Source: Candidatus Woesearchaeota archaeon (lineage in GTDB: Archaea; Nanobdellota; Nanobdellia; Woesearchaeales; GW2011-AR9). Taken from it: a stretch of 42,385 nt of DNA. The notes below the pieces were generated by a model that saw nothing but the letters and a program-made list of their open reading frames with translations, was not told the origin of the DNA and searched no databases. The DNA lies in contig JABMOA010000006.1 of NCBI GenBank assembly GCA_013204355.1, positions 1 to 42,385 of the forward strand, in the 5' to 3' direction. How positions within the stretch are numbered: the stretch's first letter is position 1; each line of letters begins with the position of its first letter. Below are positions 16,693 through 25,015 of the stretch, one piece after another. A program made the position numbers and the translations under genes.

Positions 16693-16870
16693 TTGGGCGC
16701 TGTCCCAAAAGGCGGTAATTTGTATACTACCTGCAATAGGCACATACGAGAAAAGCTTTGCTTTTCTGGATGTCCCAAAAATCTTTGATTTTCGTGACAT
16801 TTTTTCTTTCTCTAGAAAAAATAATCGTGCCGGCACGTAGTATACATTTTTATTCCTTTTGGGACGGTGC
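16693..16870. mobile_element. MITE-like nested-palindrome element, copy A (178 bp, carries a 55-bp internal insertion)
   Basis: Terminal inverted repeats GGGCGCTGTCCCAAAAGG / CCTTTTGGGACGGTGCC. Internal GTATACTAC...GTAGTATAC arms, a GTGCCGGCAC palindrome and a TTTCTCTAGAAAAA palindrome. Homologous to 27215-27336 in the opposite orientation. Confidence 0.55.
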
Positions 16871-16873
16871 CGT

Positions 16874-17950
16874 TTATTGCGGAACTAGAATAAGGTCATT
16901 TTTACGCACTCGATCTTTTACAGGAATTGTGAATAGCCCTTGCTCATCAATCATAAATGTGTTAATTTCTTGCGTGAAAGAGGTAGTTTTTCCTTGAATT
17001 TGTATAGTCATACCTTCTTGTGGTTTTTGATCAAATGTTATTAGTGCGATATGATTCTTGTTATAGTAATTAAGAACTGTTCCAATTTCTTGTAATGTTA
17101 TTTTTTGTTTTCGTTGTCTTGGGGCCTGCATACATTCTTTACTACATGTATTGTTAAATTGTTCCGCGCAATCCTTACAAGAAACATGTAATTTATCACA
17201 ATCTAAATTATGACAGTTATACATTTGTAATTCATCTTTATTACAATGAAGACATTTTGAAATCGGAAGTCCAACATCAGAAATGAGCCGATCATCAAAA
17301 ACAAATAATCCCCCTTTCCATTTATCATGAGAGAATTGATTCACATAATTAATAATGCCACCATCCAATTGATTAACATCCTTGAACCCATTTTCTTTCA
17401 TAAATGCTGATGCTTTTTCACATCTTACACCACCGGTGCAATATAAAACTACTTTCTTCTCTTTCCAATCTTCATGTTTTAAAATTTCTTGTGGAAATTC
17501 ACTGAATGTTTGAATTGGAAGTTTCATCGCATTTTTGAAATGACCAACATCATACTCATAATCATTTCGTGCATCTACAATAATGAAATCTTCATTTTTT
17601 TCATAGAGTTGTTGCAGTTCTTGAGGTGTGAGGTGATGTCCTGTATTTTCAAGATTAGGATGCTCACCAAAGACACATATTTCTTTCCTTACTTTAATCA
17701 CTAGTTTATGATAGGTATTTTTATCTGCAGATTGTTCTCTAAAGGTTAAATTGGAAAATTTTTCTTGTAAGAATAATTTAATTAGATTGATGTCTTGTAT
17801 TCTTCCCGATACAGCACCATTAATCCCTTCGTCTCCAATAAGAACTCTTCCTAGGATGTTATGTTGATTACAGAATGATCTAAGTTGGTTGTGAAGTTCC
17901 TGAGGATCTACTAGGGTTGTATATCGGTAAAACGAGATTGTATTGTACAT
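16874..17950 (-). CDS. trhO: Rhodanese-domain tRNA U34 hydroxylase family (UPF0176/YceA/TrhO) with a Cys-rich C-terminal extension
   Basis: ISFYRYT...GRVLIGDEGINGAVSG, active-site loop YCTGGVRCEKA, and Cys clusters downstream. The start is set at MYNTISF (17950), which has a TATA about 30 nt upstream. Confidence 0.75.
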   Translation of the reverse strand: MYNTISFYRYTTLVDPQELHNQLRSFCNQHNILGRVLIGDEGINGAVSGRIQDINLIKLFLQEKFSNLTFREQSADKNTYHKLVIKVRKEICVFGEHPNLENTGHHLTPQELQQLYEKNEDFIIVDARNDYEYDVGHFKNAMKLPIQTFSEFPQEILKHEDWKEKKVVLYCTGGVRCEKASAFMKENGFKDVNQLDGGIINYVNQFSHDKWKGGLFVFDDRLISDVGLPISKCLHCNKDELQMYNCHNLDCDKLHVSCKDCAEQFNNTCSKECMQAPRQRKQKITLQEIGTVLNYYNKNHIALITFDQKPQEGMTIQIQGKTTSFTQEINTFMIDEQGLFTIPVKDRVRKNDLILVPQ

Positions 17951-18022
17951 AATAATAATTTTATGAGGAAAGTTTAAAAATGTTTCTTGAATAATGTTTA
18001 AATACCAAAGAACATCAAAGAA

Positions 18023-18511
18023 TTGATGGTAATTCATTTTGATAAAACATTAATTTCTGCATTGGAAAAGATTGGAAACCATAAATTTTGTAAGTTTGAG
18101 ATTCATTCTAAAGAAGAAGTTGTAAAACATGAACATAACCTTATTGAAAAATATGGTAATGCAAAATGGGCAATCGTTGATTTATTGAATGAGAGGTATA
18201 ATCTGAAAATTGATTTGCAGAATTGGTTGGATGAGAAGGAAGATGAAGTTGCACATTTCTTGAATGAAGCTGGTTCAAATAGTTTGCATCATGCAGAATT
18301 TAAAGCTCCTTATCGGTTATGTTTATGGTTAGGTGAGAAAGGGTTTGTAATTGGGATTGAACAGAAAGGAAAAGGGTTTGATGCGGTTAAAATTGATAAT
18401 GAGAAGATTAAAGAGAATGAAGGAGCCGCATTTGAATTCTTTCGGAGATGTAAAGGGAAGGTGTTCTTTGATGATGCTCATGATGCAAAATGTGTTTATT
18501 ATAAAGGTTAA
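18023..18511 (+). CDS. Hypothetical 162-aa protein; weak resemblance to a small GHKL/anti-sigma-type ATPase
   Basis: EAGSNSLHHA (N-box-like), GFVIGIEQKGKGFD (G1-like) and EGAAFEFF. Confidence 0.5.
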   Translation: MMVIHFDKTLISALEKIGNHKFCKFEIHSKEEVVKHEHNLIEKYGNAKWAIVDLLNERYNLKIDLQNWLDEKEDEVAHFLNEAGSNSLHHAEFKAPYRLCLWLGEKGFVIGIEQKGKGFDAVKIDNEKIKENEGAAFEFFRRCKGKVFFDDAHDAKCVYYKG

Positions 18512-18620
18512 AAATGAGTATAGCCTATACTTGGTGTTTTCTGATGATAACACTAAAATTCCTTTGATGATTTCATCAATTTTTGCACTCAATCATCACC
18601 ATTTATTTGCGTTTTTTTTA

Positions 18621-19382
18621 TTATGAAAAAATAATATTTTTAATATCTCCAAATAATTGACTATGTGAGGATGGAATATCACCTGAAGGGTAACGAATTA
18701 CATGTTGAGTTTCTTTTCCATCAGCATTTGTCCAAATTGTAACTCTTGGAGACCCAAGACCTTGCACTCTGGTTACATGATAAGTTTTTATAAAGTCGTC
18801 TGCTTTTCCTCTAGAGATATGGTTTTCTATTACTTTTTGGTCTATAGAAATTACTTTATGTCCTTGCATAAATTCATCATAAGAAAGAATTGAATCTGCA
18901 GGTCCATTTCCACGTTTATCAGCAAGATTTTCAAGATAACCTAATCCTTTAAACATTGTGTGACTTGTTTCTCCTTCGTTGCAAAAACGATTCAAAAAAG
19001 TAGTACCATAATAAGGCACAAATTGTGTTTCAGGTCCAAAAGTGGTATAATTTTTATCTAAATCAATTTGGTGTGCAATTCGCTTAAGATACTCAAGACG
19101 CTTTGGTGTTAGAACACATTCTGCAGAATCCACAACCGCCTTAAAAAGATGCCAATAATTTTCTGTATTTAAAAAAGGGAATTCATAGACATTTAATATT
19201 TCAACCGCAACATTACTTACAGTATCAACAAGCATTGTCTGATGACGCTTATTAAGAGCACGTGATCTTGCATAAATATGGTCAATCCCCTCTAAAAAAT
19301 TAGTGGGATTTATTTCTCGTAATATTAAATCATCAACTAAACTTGATAAATGTTTAGGTACACTCTTTCCTTTAGATGCCAT
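18621..19382 (-). CDS. Hypothetical 253-aa protein
   Basis: Long uninterrupted ORF with no motif I recognise. Confidence 0.55.
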   Translation of the reverse strand: MASKGKSVPKHLSSLVDDLILREINPTNFLEGIDHIYARSRALNKRHQTMLVDTVSNVAVEILNVYEFPFLNTENYWHLFKAVVDSAECVLTPKRLEYLKRIAHQIDLDKNYTTFGPETQFVPYYGTTFLNRFCNEGETSHTMFKGLGYLENLADKRGNGPADSILSYDEFMQGHKVISIDQKVIENHISRGKADDFIKTYHVTRVQGLGSPRVTIWTNADGKETQHVIRYPSGDIPSSHSQLFGDIKNIIFS

Positions 19383-19531
19383 TGTTCTGTGAAATAAAAG
19401 GCTTTATTTTTAAAGCTAATGGAATTAATTTGATTTAAAGGTCATTGGTTTTTACAGAAATAAAGGTAATTAAATCAAAATGATAATTTTTTAAGCATAC
19501 TATTTTAAAGTAACTTCACATTCATTCTATT

Positions 19532-20461
19532 ATGTATAAACTCAAAGAAAAGCCGGAAGATTTTATTGTAAGGGAAAAGAGTAATGTTAACATTAAGGAT
19601 CAAGGTAGATTTTCCTATTTTAAATTAACAAAAAAAAACAGGAATACATTGGATGTTGTAAAGGAAATAGCAAAACAGCTTGGTATCAAAGAGAATGAGA
19701 TTGGTTTTGCAGGAAGTAAGGATAAGCATGCAATCACGGAACAATTGATTTCAATCCCACGTAAGAAGGTTGAGGTGAATGTGGAGAATGTTTCTTTGGA
19801 ATTTGTGGGTTATGGAGATAAACCAATCTCTTTAGGAGATTTGGAGGGAAATTATTTTGAGATTGTCATTTCAAATTATTCTGGAAAGATTGATAACATA
19901 AATTTTGTTGAAAATTATTTTGATGAGCAACGATTCTCAAAAAGTAATGCGAGGGTTGGAAAACATTTAGTAAAAAAAGAATTCAAAGAAGCGTGTGCAG
20001 TATTGGGTTTAGACGTAGTAAAAAATAATTTTATTGGCGCGTTATCTAAAATCCCAATGAGGATGTTGCGGATGTATGTGAATGCATACCAGAGTTACTT
20101 ATGGAATGAAACTGTTGCTTCTGTATTGAGAATGAAGGATGTTCTTAAAAAAGTTGATTATTCATTAGGAACATTTGTATTTGTTAAGAAATGTGAAGAT
20201 TTACAAATTCCATTAATTGGTTTTGGGTCAGATGAATTTGAATCAGATGAAGTTAAAGAAGTAATTAAAAATATCATGAAAAAAGAAGGAATAAGATATA
20301 AGGATTTTATTATTAAACAAATTCCACAACTAACCTTGGAGGGTGAGTTACGAGATGTGTTTATTGATGTTAAGGGATTCAAGGTTACTAAAAATAAGGT
20401 TTCTTTTTTCTTACAAAAAGGATCATATGCGACTATGGTTATTAAAAAAGTTTTAGATTAA
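19532..20461 (+). CDS. truD: tRNA pseudouridine synthase TruD/Pus7 family (short form)
   Basis: KPEDFIVRE N-terminus and the catalytic GSKDKHAITEQ motif. Confidence 0.85.
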   Translation: MYKLKEKPEDFIVREKSNVNIKDQGRFSYFKLTKKNRNTLDVVKEIAKQLGIKENEIGFAGSKDKHAITEQLISIPRKKVEVNVENVSLEFVGYGDKPISLGDLEGNYFEIVISNYSGKIDNINFVENYFDEQRFSKSNARVGKHLVKKEFKEACAVLGLDVVKNNFIGALSKIPMRMLRMYVNAYQSYLWNETVASVLRMKDVLKKVDYSLGTFVFVKKCEDLQIPLIGFGSDEFESDEVKEVIKNIMKKEGIRYKDFIIKQIPQLTLEGELRDVFIDVKGFKVTKNKVSFFLQKGSYATMVIKKVLD

Positions 20462-20802
20462 CTGCATTTCTCACAAATCCCTGTAATATCAATTTGGATG
20501 TGGCAAACCTTCCCTTTAATTTGAGAATTTAGAAAATCTAATTTATTTAGATTAATATGTTTAACTTCAGCACATTTCTCACAAAGAAAATGAGAATGGT
20601 TTTTTTTACTGCTAGAATAAATAAACTTGCGATTACACTGATAAGCATGTAATTCTCCATTCTTAACAGATTTATTAAGGAAACGATAAATCGTTGCAAT
20701 GCCAATCGTAGGTACATGTTGATGTAGCTCTTCTGCACTAAAGAAAACATCCATTTTTTTCAAAGAATTATTTAAAGTTTCTTTTTGTTTTGTTTGCCTC
20801 AT
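20458..20802 (-). CDS. Fur-family metal-responsive repressor (Zur-like)
   Basis: IATIYRFLN winged helix, HSHFLCEKC...GICEKC structural Zn site. Divergent from a ZIP transporter gene. Confidence 0.8.
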   Translation of the reverse strand: MRQTKQKETLNNSLKKMDVFFSAEELHQHVPTIGIATIYRFLNKSVKNGELHAYQCNRKFIYSSSKKNHSHFLCEKCAEVKHINLNKLDFLNSQIKGKVCHIQIDITGICEKCS

Positions 20803-20805
20803 TAA

Positions 20806-20834
20806 TGATAAAGAGTATCAGTAACATTTATAAA
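20806..20834. promoter_or_regulatory. Candidate Fur/Zur operator plus a shared palindromic TATA in a 54-bp divergent intergenic region
   Basis: Inverted repeat TGATA-n5-TATCA (20806-20820), then TTTATAAA (20827-20834). The TATA lies about 25 nt from the ATG at 20802 (-) and about 23 nt from the ATG at 20857 (+). Confidence 0.35.
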
Positions 20835-20856
20835 CCTTATCAATTTAGATTAAAAG

Positions 20857-21666
20857 ATGTCAGTTATATTAAATGCGATTATTAGTGTGATTATTGTATC
20901 GCTTGTATCGTTAGTTGGTATTTTTTCAATTCTTTTAAGGAAGAAGAATACACAAAAATTTTTATTGCTATTAGTTAGTTTGTCAGCAGGAACATTATTT
21001 GGTGGTGCATTTCTACATTTGCTACCTGAAGTTGTTGCTGATCATGGATTTACAATTCAAATTTCACTTTTAGTACTAGCTGGTGTTATGGCATTTTTTG
21101 TATTAGAAAAATTTATTCATTGGGGTCATTGTCATCATCATCCTGCATTTGATTTTTTACATTCACATAAACATTCAACGGAAAAAAATCATCATCATCA
21201 TGAAAAAGAAAATCCTAAATCACAAATAGCAGTATTAAATTTACTTGGTGATGGAATTCATAATTTCTTAGATGGTTTAGTGATTGCAGGAAGTTATCTT
21301 GTAAGTCCTGCTGCTGGTATTGCGACAACCATTGCTGTTGTGATTCATGAAGTCCCACAAGAGATTGCAGATTTCGGAGTATTATTATATGCTGGTTTAA
21401 GTAAGAAAAACGCATTATTGCTAAATTTTGCTTCAGCAACAATTTCTATTTTAGGTGCAGTTGTCGGATTATGGTTAGGAAGTAATTCAGATACATTTAT
21501 TCCATTCATTTTACCATTTGCAGCAGGTGGGTTCCTCTATATTGCTGGGTCTAATTTAGTTCCAGAATTACATAAGAAATGTGATGTTGCAATTGAGTCA
21601 TTCTGGCATTTTGTAATGATGATTGTGGGTATTGGATTGATGTATGGATTGACTTTTTTAGGGTAA
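20857..21666 (+). CDS. ZIP-family divalent metal (zinc) transporter
   Basis: HEVPQEIADFGVLL signature, a His-rich loop (HCHHHP...HHHHEKE), and about 8 TM helices. Confidence 0.85.
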   Translation: MSVILNAIISVIIVSLVSLVGIFSILLRKKNTQKFLLLLVSLSAGTLFGGAFLHLLPEVVADHGFTIQISLLVLAGVMAFFVLEKFIHWGHCHHHPAFDFLHSHKHSTEKNHHHHEKENPKSQIAVLNLLGDGIHNFLDGLVIAGSYLVSPAAGIATTIAVVIHEVPQEIADFGVLLYAGLSKKNALLLNFASATISILGAVVGLWLGSNSDTFIPFILPFAAGGFLYIAGSNLVPELHKKCDVAIESFWHFVMMIVGIGLMYGLTFLG

Positions 21667-21724
21667 CATTTTTAAACAACTTCTTATCTTAGGTAATTGT
21701 GAGTAAGATACTCATTTAAATTGT

Positions 21725-21872
21725 GGGCCTGTAGCATAACCTGGATATGATTCAAAACCCTACCGGAAAGTGCGGCCGAAGCATTTAATAGATGCTGCCG
21801 AAGCTTCGGACCGGTTGACTTGTTCATGTAAATGACAAGGCCGAAATCGGGGTTCAAATCCCTGCTGGCCCA
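21725..21872 (+). tRNA. tRNA-like gene of 148 nt with ~70 nt of intervening sequence; isotype unresolved
   Basis: 5' GGGCCTG-TA-GCAT-AACCTGGAT-ATG..., 3' CGGGG-TTCAAAT-CCCTG-CTGGCCC-A, then oligo-T. The acceptor has one U-U mismatch. The GC-rich interior forms CGGCC/GGCCG, AGCAT/ATGCT and CCGAAGCTTCGG helices. Confidence 0.55.
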
Positions 21873-21969
21873 CTTTTTATTTTTATCGTGACTAAGCGAA
21901 GAATGAACGCATGTCACTGCGTCTCCAAATGAGGAGACATTTGTGCAGGTCCACTTTTATATTTTTAAA

Positions 21970-22179
21970 ATGAAATACATTGAATTAAACACGTTCTTGA
22001 ACATTTCAGGAGTTGCTAGTTCTGGAGGGGAAGCAAAACAATTGATTCGTTCTGAAGCTGTGAAGGTGAATGGTGAAGTTGAAACTCGGAACAAAAAGAA
22101 ACTAGTTGCTGGTGATAAGGTTGTAGTTGGTGAGAAGGAATTTGTTGTGGTTGAGGATGTTTGTCAAAAAGAAAAATAA
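21970..22179 (+). CDS. Small S4-domain RNA-binding protein (YbcJ-like)
   Basis: GVASSGGEAKQLIRSEAVKVNGEVETRNKKKLVAGDKV is an S4-type alpha-L motif; 69 aa. Confidence 0.6.
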   Translation: MKYIELNTFLNISGVASSGGEAKQLIRSEAVKVNGEVETRNKKKLVAGDKVVVGEKEFVVVEDVCQKEK

Positions 22180-22253
22180 ATCATTATTCTAGAAAACATT
22201 ATTATCCAGTGTCATAATTATTAAATAAGAATAGTTTTAACTTTTATTACAAT

Positions 22254-22868
22254 ATGACCTACATTCGTGTTCTTGAAGCAGACAACAAATCAAAATTGGA
22301 GGATTTAGCTAATAATTTCTTAAATGGAATTAGGGGTAAAGTGAGAGGTTATTCCATCCATCCAACTACTGGAAAATATACTTGTTTGATAGAATTCACA
22401 GGTGAAAATCCTAATAATGGCCAAAGAGATTTAGAACCTCAAGAACAGAAAACTTTAGAAAGTGAAGTAATGCTTACTTTAATTTGTCGTAATGATTTTA
22501 GTAGTGGTGAGTTCCAAGAACAATATGGAATATCAGATTGTGAAGCTGTTCGGAAGTATCATCTTTATGATAAAGTCATTGGAACAGAAGCAGGGAAAAG
22601 AGTTACTTTAGATGATATTAAGACAAATGGATACAAAAAAGCAGCCGAAATGCAACAATTAGAACTTCGTAAATTTAAAGAAGTAAATGGTATTTCATGG
22701 AAAGAATTAGCAGATCTTTATAATTTACCAAAATGTCCAATAGATTATAATTTATTAGCTCAAAATTTAGGTTTAAATTTAGATGATATTTGTGACATTG
22801 ATCGAAGAGTTCGTTATGCCTTAAAAAAGAAAAAAAGGTCACCAAAACCAATTATAGCGTTTTCCTAA
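22254..22868 (+). CDS. Hypothetical 204-aa protein with a basic C-terminal tail
   Basis: ORF with an upstream AT-rich promoter region and no recognisable motif. Confidence 0.55.
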   Translation: MTYIRVLEADNKSKLEDLANNFLNGIRGKVRGYSIHPTTGKYTCLIEFTGENPNNGQRDLEPQEQKTLESEVMLTLICRNDFSSGEFQEQYGISDCEAVRKYHLYDKVIGTEAGKRVTLDDIKTNGYKKAAEMQQLELRKFKEVNGISWKELADLYNLPKCPIDYNLLAQNLGLNLDDICDIDRRVRYALKKKKRSPKPIIAFS

Positions 22869-22914
22869 TACCTTACCCATAACTTTTATATAACCACTCT
22901 TATTCTAGTATAAA

Positions 22915-24255
22915 ATGGTCTTAGACAAGCTTGGTGATTCATTAAAGAACACGTTACAGAAGATAACGAAATCTATGTTTGTAGATGAAAAGCTCATTAA
23001 TGAACTTGTAAAGGATATCCAGCGTGCTTTGTTACAATCAGATACGAATGTGCAGTTAGTATTTACATTGAGTAAGGCCATTAAGGAACGTGCAAAAAAT
23101 AATCCTCCTGCAGGTATTACAAAACGTGAGCAGTTAGTGAAAATTGTCTACGAGGAGTTAACAAATTTCTTAGGGAAGGAAGCCTATGAAATTAAAGTTA
23201 CAAAAAAAGCTACACAGATTATGTTAGTAGGATTGTTCGGTTCTGGGAAAACGACAACTGCCGGTAAGTTGGCGAAGTATTACAAAAAACGTGGTTTGAA
23301 AATTGCAGTTATGCAAACAGATACATGGAGACCAGCAGCGTATGAGCAGCTTCAACAAACGGCTGCAGCTGTAGGTGTTGATTTTCTTGGAATCAAAGGT
23401 GAGAAGGATCCCGTTAATATTTATTTGTCATTTGAAAAGAAGTTAAAAGACTATGATGTTGTGATTGTTGATACAGCGGGACGAGATGCGTTATCGGATG
23501 AATTAATTGAAGAATTAAATAAATTACATGGTGCTGTACAAGCAGATGAGAAATTGTTAGTTATTTCTGCAGACATTGGTCAGGCTGCACAAAAGCAAGC
23601 GCAGGCGTTTCATGATACTTGTCATGTAACTGGTGTTATTATTACAAAATTAGAAGGAACTGCAAAAGGTGGTGGCGCATTATCAGCGTGTGCAGTTACA
23701 GAAGCAAAAATTGCATTTATTGGAGTTGGAGAAAAAATTGATGATTTAGAAGTATTCCATCCTGAACGATTTGTTGGACGTTTGTTAGGCATGGGGGACA
23801 TAGAATCTTTATTAGAAAAAGCAAGAGAAGTAATCACAGAAGAATCTGCAAAAGATATGCAAGAAAAATTTATGAAAGGAGATTTCAATCTTGTGGATTT
23901 GTATGAACAAATGAAAGCCATGAAAAAAATGGGTTCATTTGGAAAAATCATGGAAATGATTCCTGGGATGGGTCAATTAAAGATGCCAAAAGATATGTTG
24001 AAAACCCAGGAAGGGAAATTAGAAAAATGGAAATTCGCAATGGATTCCATGACGAAAGAAGAATTAGAAGAACCAGAAGTTCTAGATGCACAAAGAATTG
24101 ACCGCATTGCATCTGGAAGCGGTTTAAAGATTCAAGAGATCAGAGAATTATTGAAACAATATCGTCAAAGTAAGAAAATGATGAAGATGATGAAAGGCGA
24201 AGGCGATATTAACAAAATGATGAAGAAGATGAAGGGAAGAGTTCCTGGAATGTGA
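22915..24255 (+). CDS. srp54: Signal recognition particle protein SRP54
   Basis: GLFGSGKTTTAGKLA, DTAGR and TKLEGTAKGG GTPase motifs, plus a Met-rich M domain. Confidence 0.95.
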   Translation: MVLDKLGDSLKNTLQKITKSMFVDEKLINELVKDIQRALLQSDTNVQLVFTLSKAIKERAKNNPPAGITKREQLVKIVYEELTNFLGKEAYEIKVTKKATQIMLVGLFGSGKTTTAGKLAKYYKKRGLKIAVMQTDTWRPAAYEQLQQTAAAVGVDFLGIKGEKDPVNIYLSFEKKLKDYDVVIVDTAGRDALSDELIEELNKLHGAVQADEKLLVISADIGQAAQKQAQAFHDTCHVTGVIITKLEGTAKGGGALSACAVTEAKIAFIGVGEKIDDLEVFHPERFVGRLLGMGDIESLLEKAREVITEESAKDMQEKFMKGDFNLVDLYEQMKAMKKMGSFGKIMEMIPGMGQLKMPKDMLKTQEGKLEKWKFAMDSMTKEELEEPEVLDAQRIDRIASGSGLKIQEIRELLKQYRQSKKMMKMMKGEGDINKMMKKMKGRVPGM

Positions 24256-24276
24256 GTTCTTAGTGCAATGAGTGAT

Positions 24277-24423
24277 TTATTTTTGATGTAATTCTTTTTC
24301 TGGCATGGGTTTTTCTTCTCTAAATCCACATTCTTTACAATATTTGATGGTGTAATATCCATCTGAGAATTTATGTTGTCCTTCGTGTAATGTACGTTTG
24401 CAATCTGGGCAGTGGGTTAGCAT
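24277..24423 (-). CDS. 48-aa zinc-ribbon protein
   Basis: MLTHCPDCKRTLHEGQHKFSDGYYTIKYCKECGFREEKPMPEKELHQK with CPxC...CxxC. It is below the ORF-track cutoff. Confidence 0.45.
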   Translation of the reverse strand: MLTHCPDCKRTLHEGQHKFSDGYYTIKYCKECGFREEKPMPEKELHQK

Positions 24424-24520
24424 GGTATAAAAGAAAGAAAACCAATACTTATAAGTTTCTAAAAAGAATTGTCTCTAAATAGTAGTTAAGTTTATAAAGG
24501 AATTAATAAAATAATGACAA

Positions 24521-25015
24521 ATGAAAGAAAATCAGGAATTTTACCATACTTTTGAACGCTATCAAGAACAAGGTTTAGAACCATTTGTTCAACATGCTCT
24601 ACAATATCTTAGAGGTGAAAGAACTGTTCCAGTTTCCAAACCAAATGTTTTACTTGGAATGAAAGAAGTTTTACTTACATTTTCTGATAAATTATTACAT
24701 AACATAGTAGACACAGTAACAGATTTAAGAAAACCTTACGAAGTTGCAATCAAATATGGGTTTAGAGGTCATACTAATGGAGGAATTAACGGTATTTTCT
24801 TTCAAGAAAGAGAAAGTTCATTAGGTCCTAAAACAACAAAACTAATTCAACCTCATGAAACAAGATTACAACAAGATTTAGATATCTCATTAGAAAACCT
24901 TGATTCTTTAATTAATGTTAAAGTTGTATGGCATGAACCTTCCGGTAAAAGAATTGTTGGTGTCTATAACATGAATAATAACAGAATTTTTTTGTTAGAT
25001 TTTGCTCACTATTAA
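24521..25015 (+). CDS. Hypothetical 164-aa protein
   Basis: ORF with TATA gtttataaagg about 25 nt upstream. Confidence 0.5.
   Translation: MKENQEFYHTFERYQEQGLEPFVQHALQYLRGERTVPVSKPNVLLGMKEVLLTFSDKLLHNIVDTVTDLRKPYEVAIKYGFRGHTNGGINGIFFQERESSLGPKTTKLIQPHETRLQQDLDISLENLDSLINVKVVWHEPSGKRIVGVYNMNNNRIFLLDFAHY

Noticed and set aside
16758-16997. A 79-aa plus-strand ORF from the ORF track.
   Set aside because: It lies inside the MITE-like repeat and overlaps the 3' end of trhO. It has low-complexity hydrophobic composition and no promoter, so I treat it as spurious. The same applies to 21684..21917 (antisense to the tRNA-like gene), 28930..29151 (antisense to the YkuD gene) and 5829..6089 / 5923..6147.
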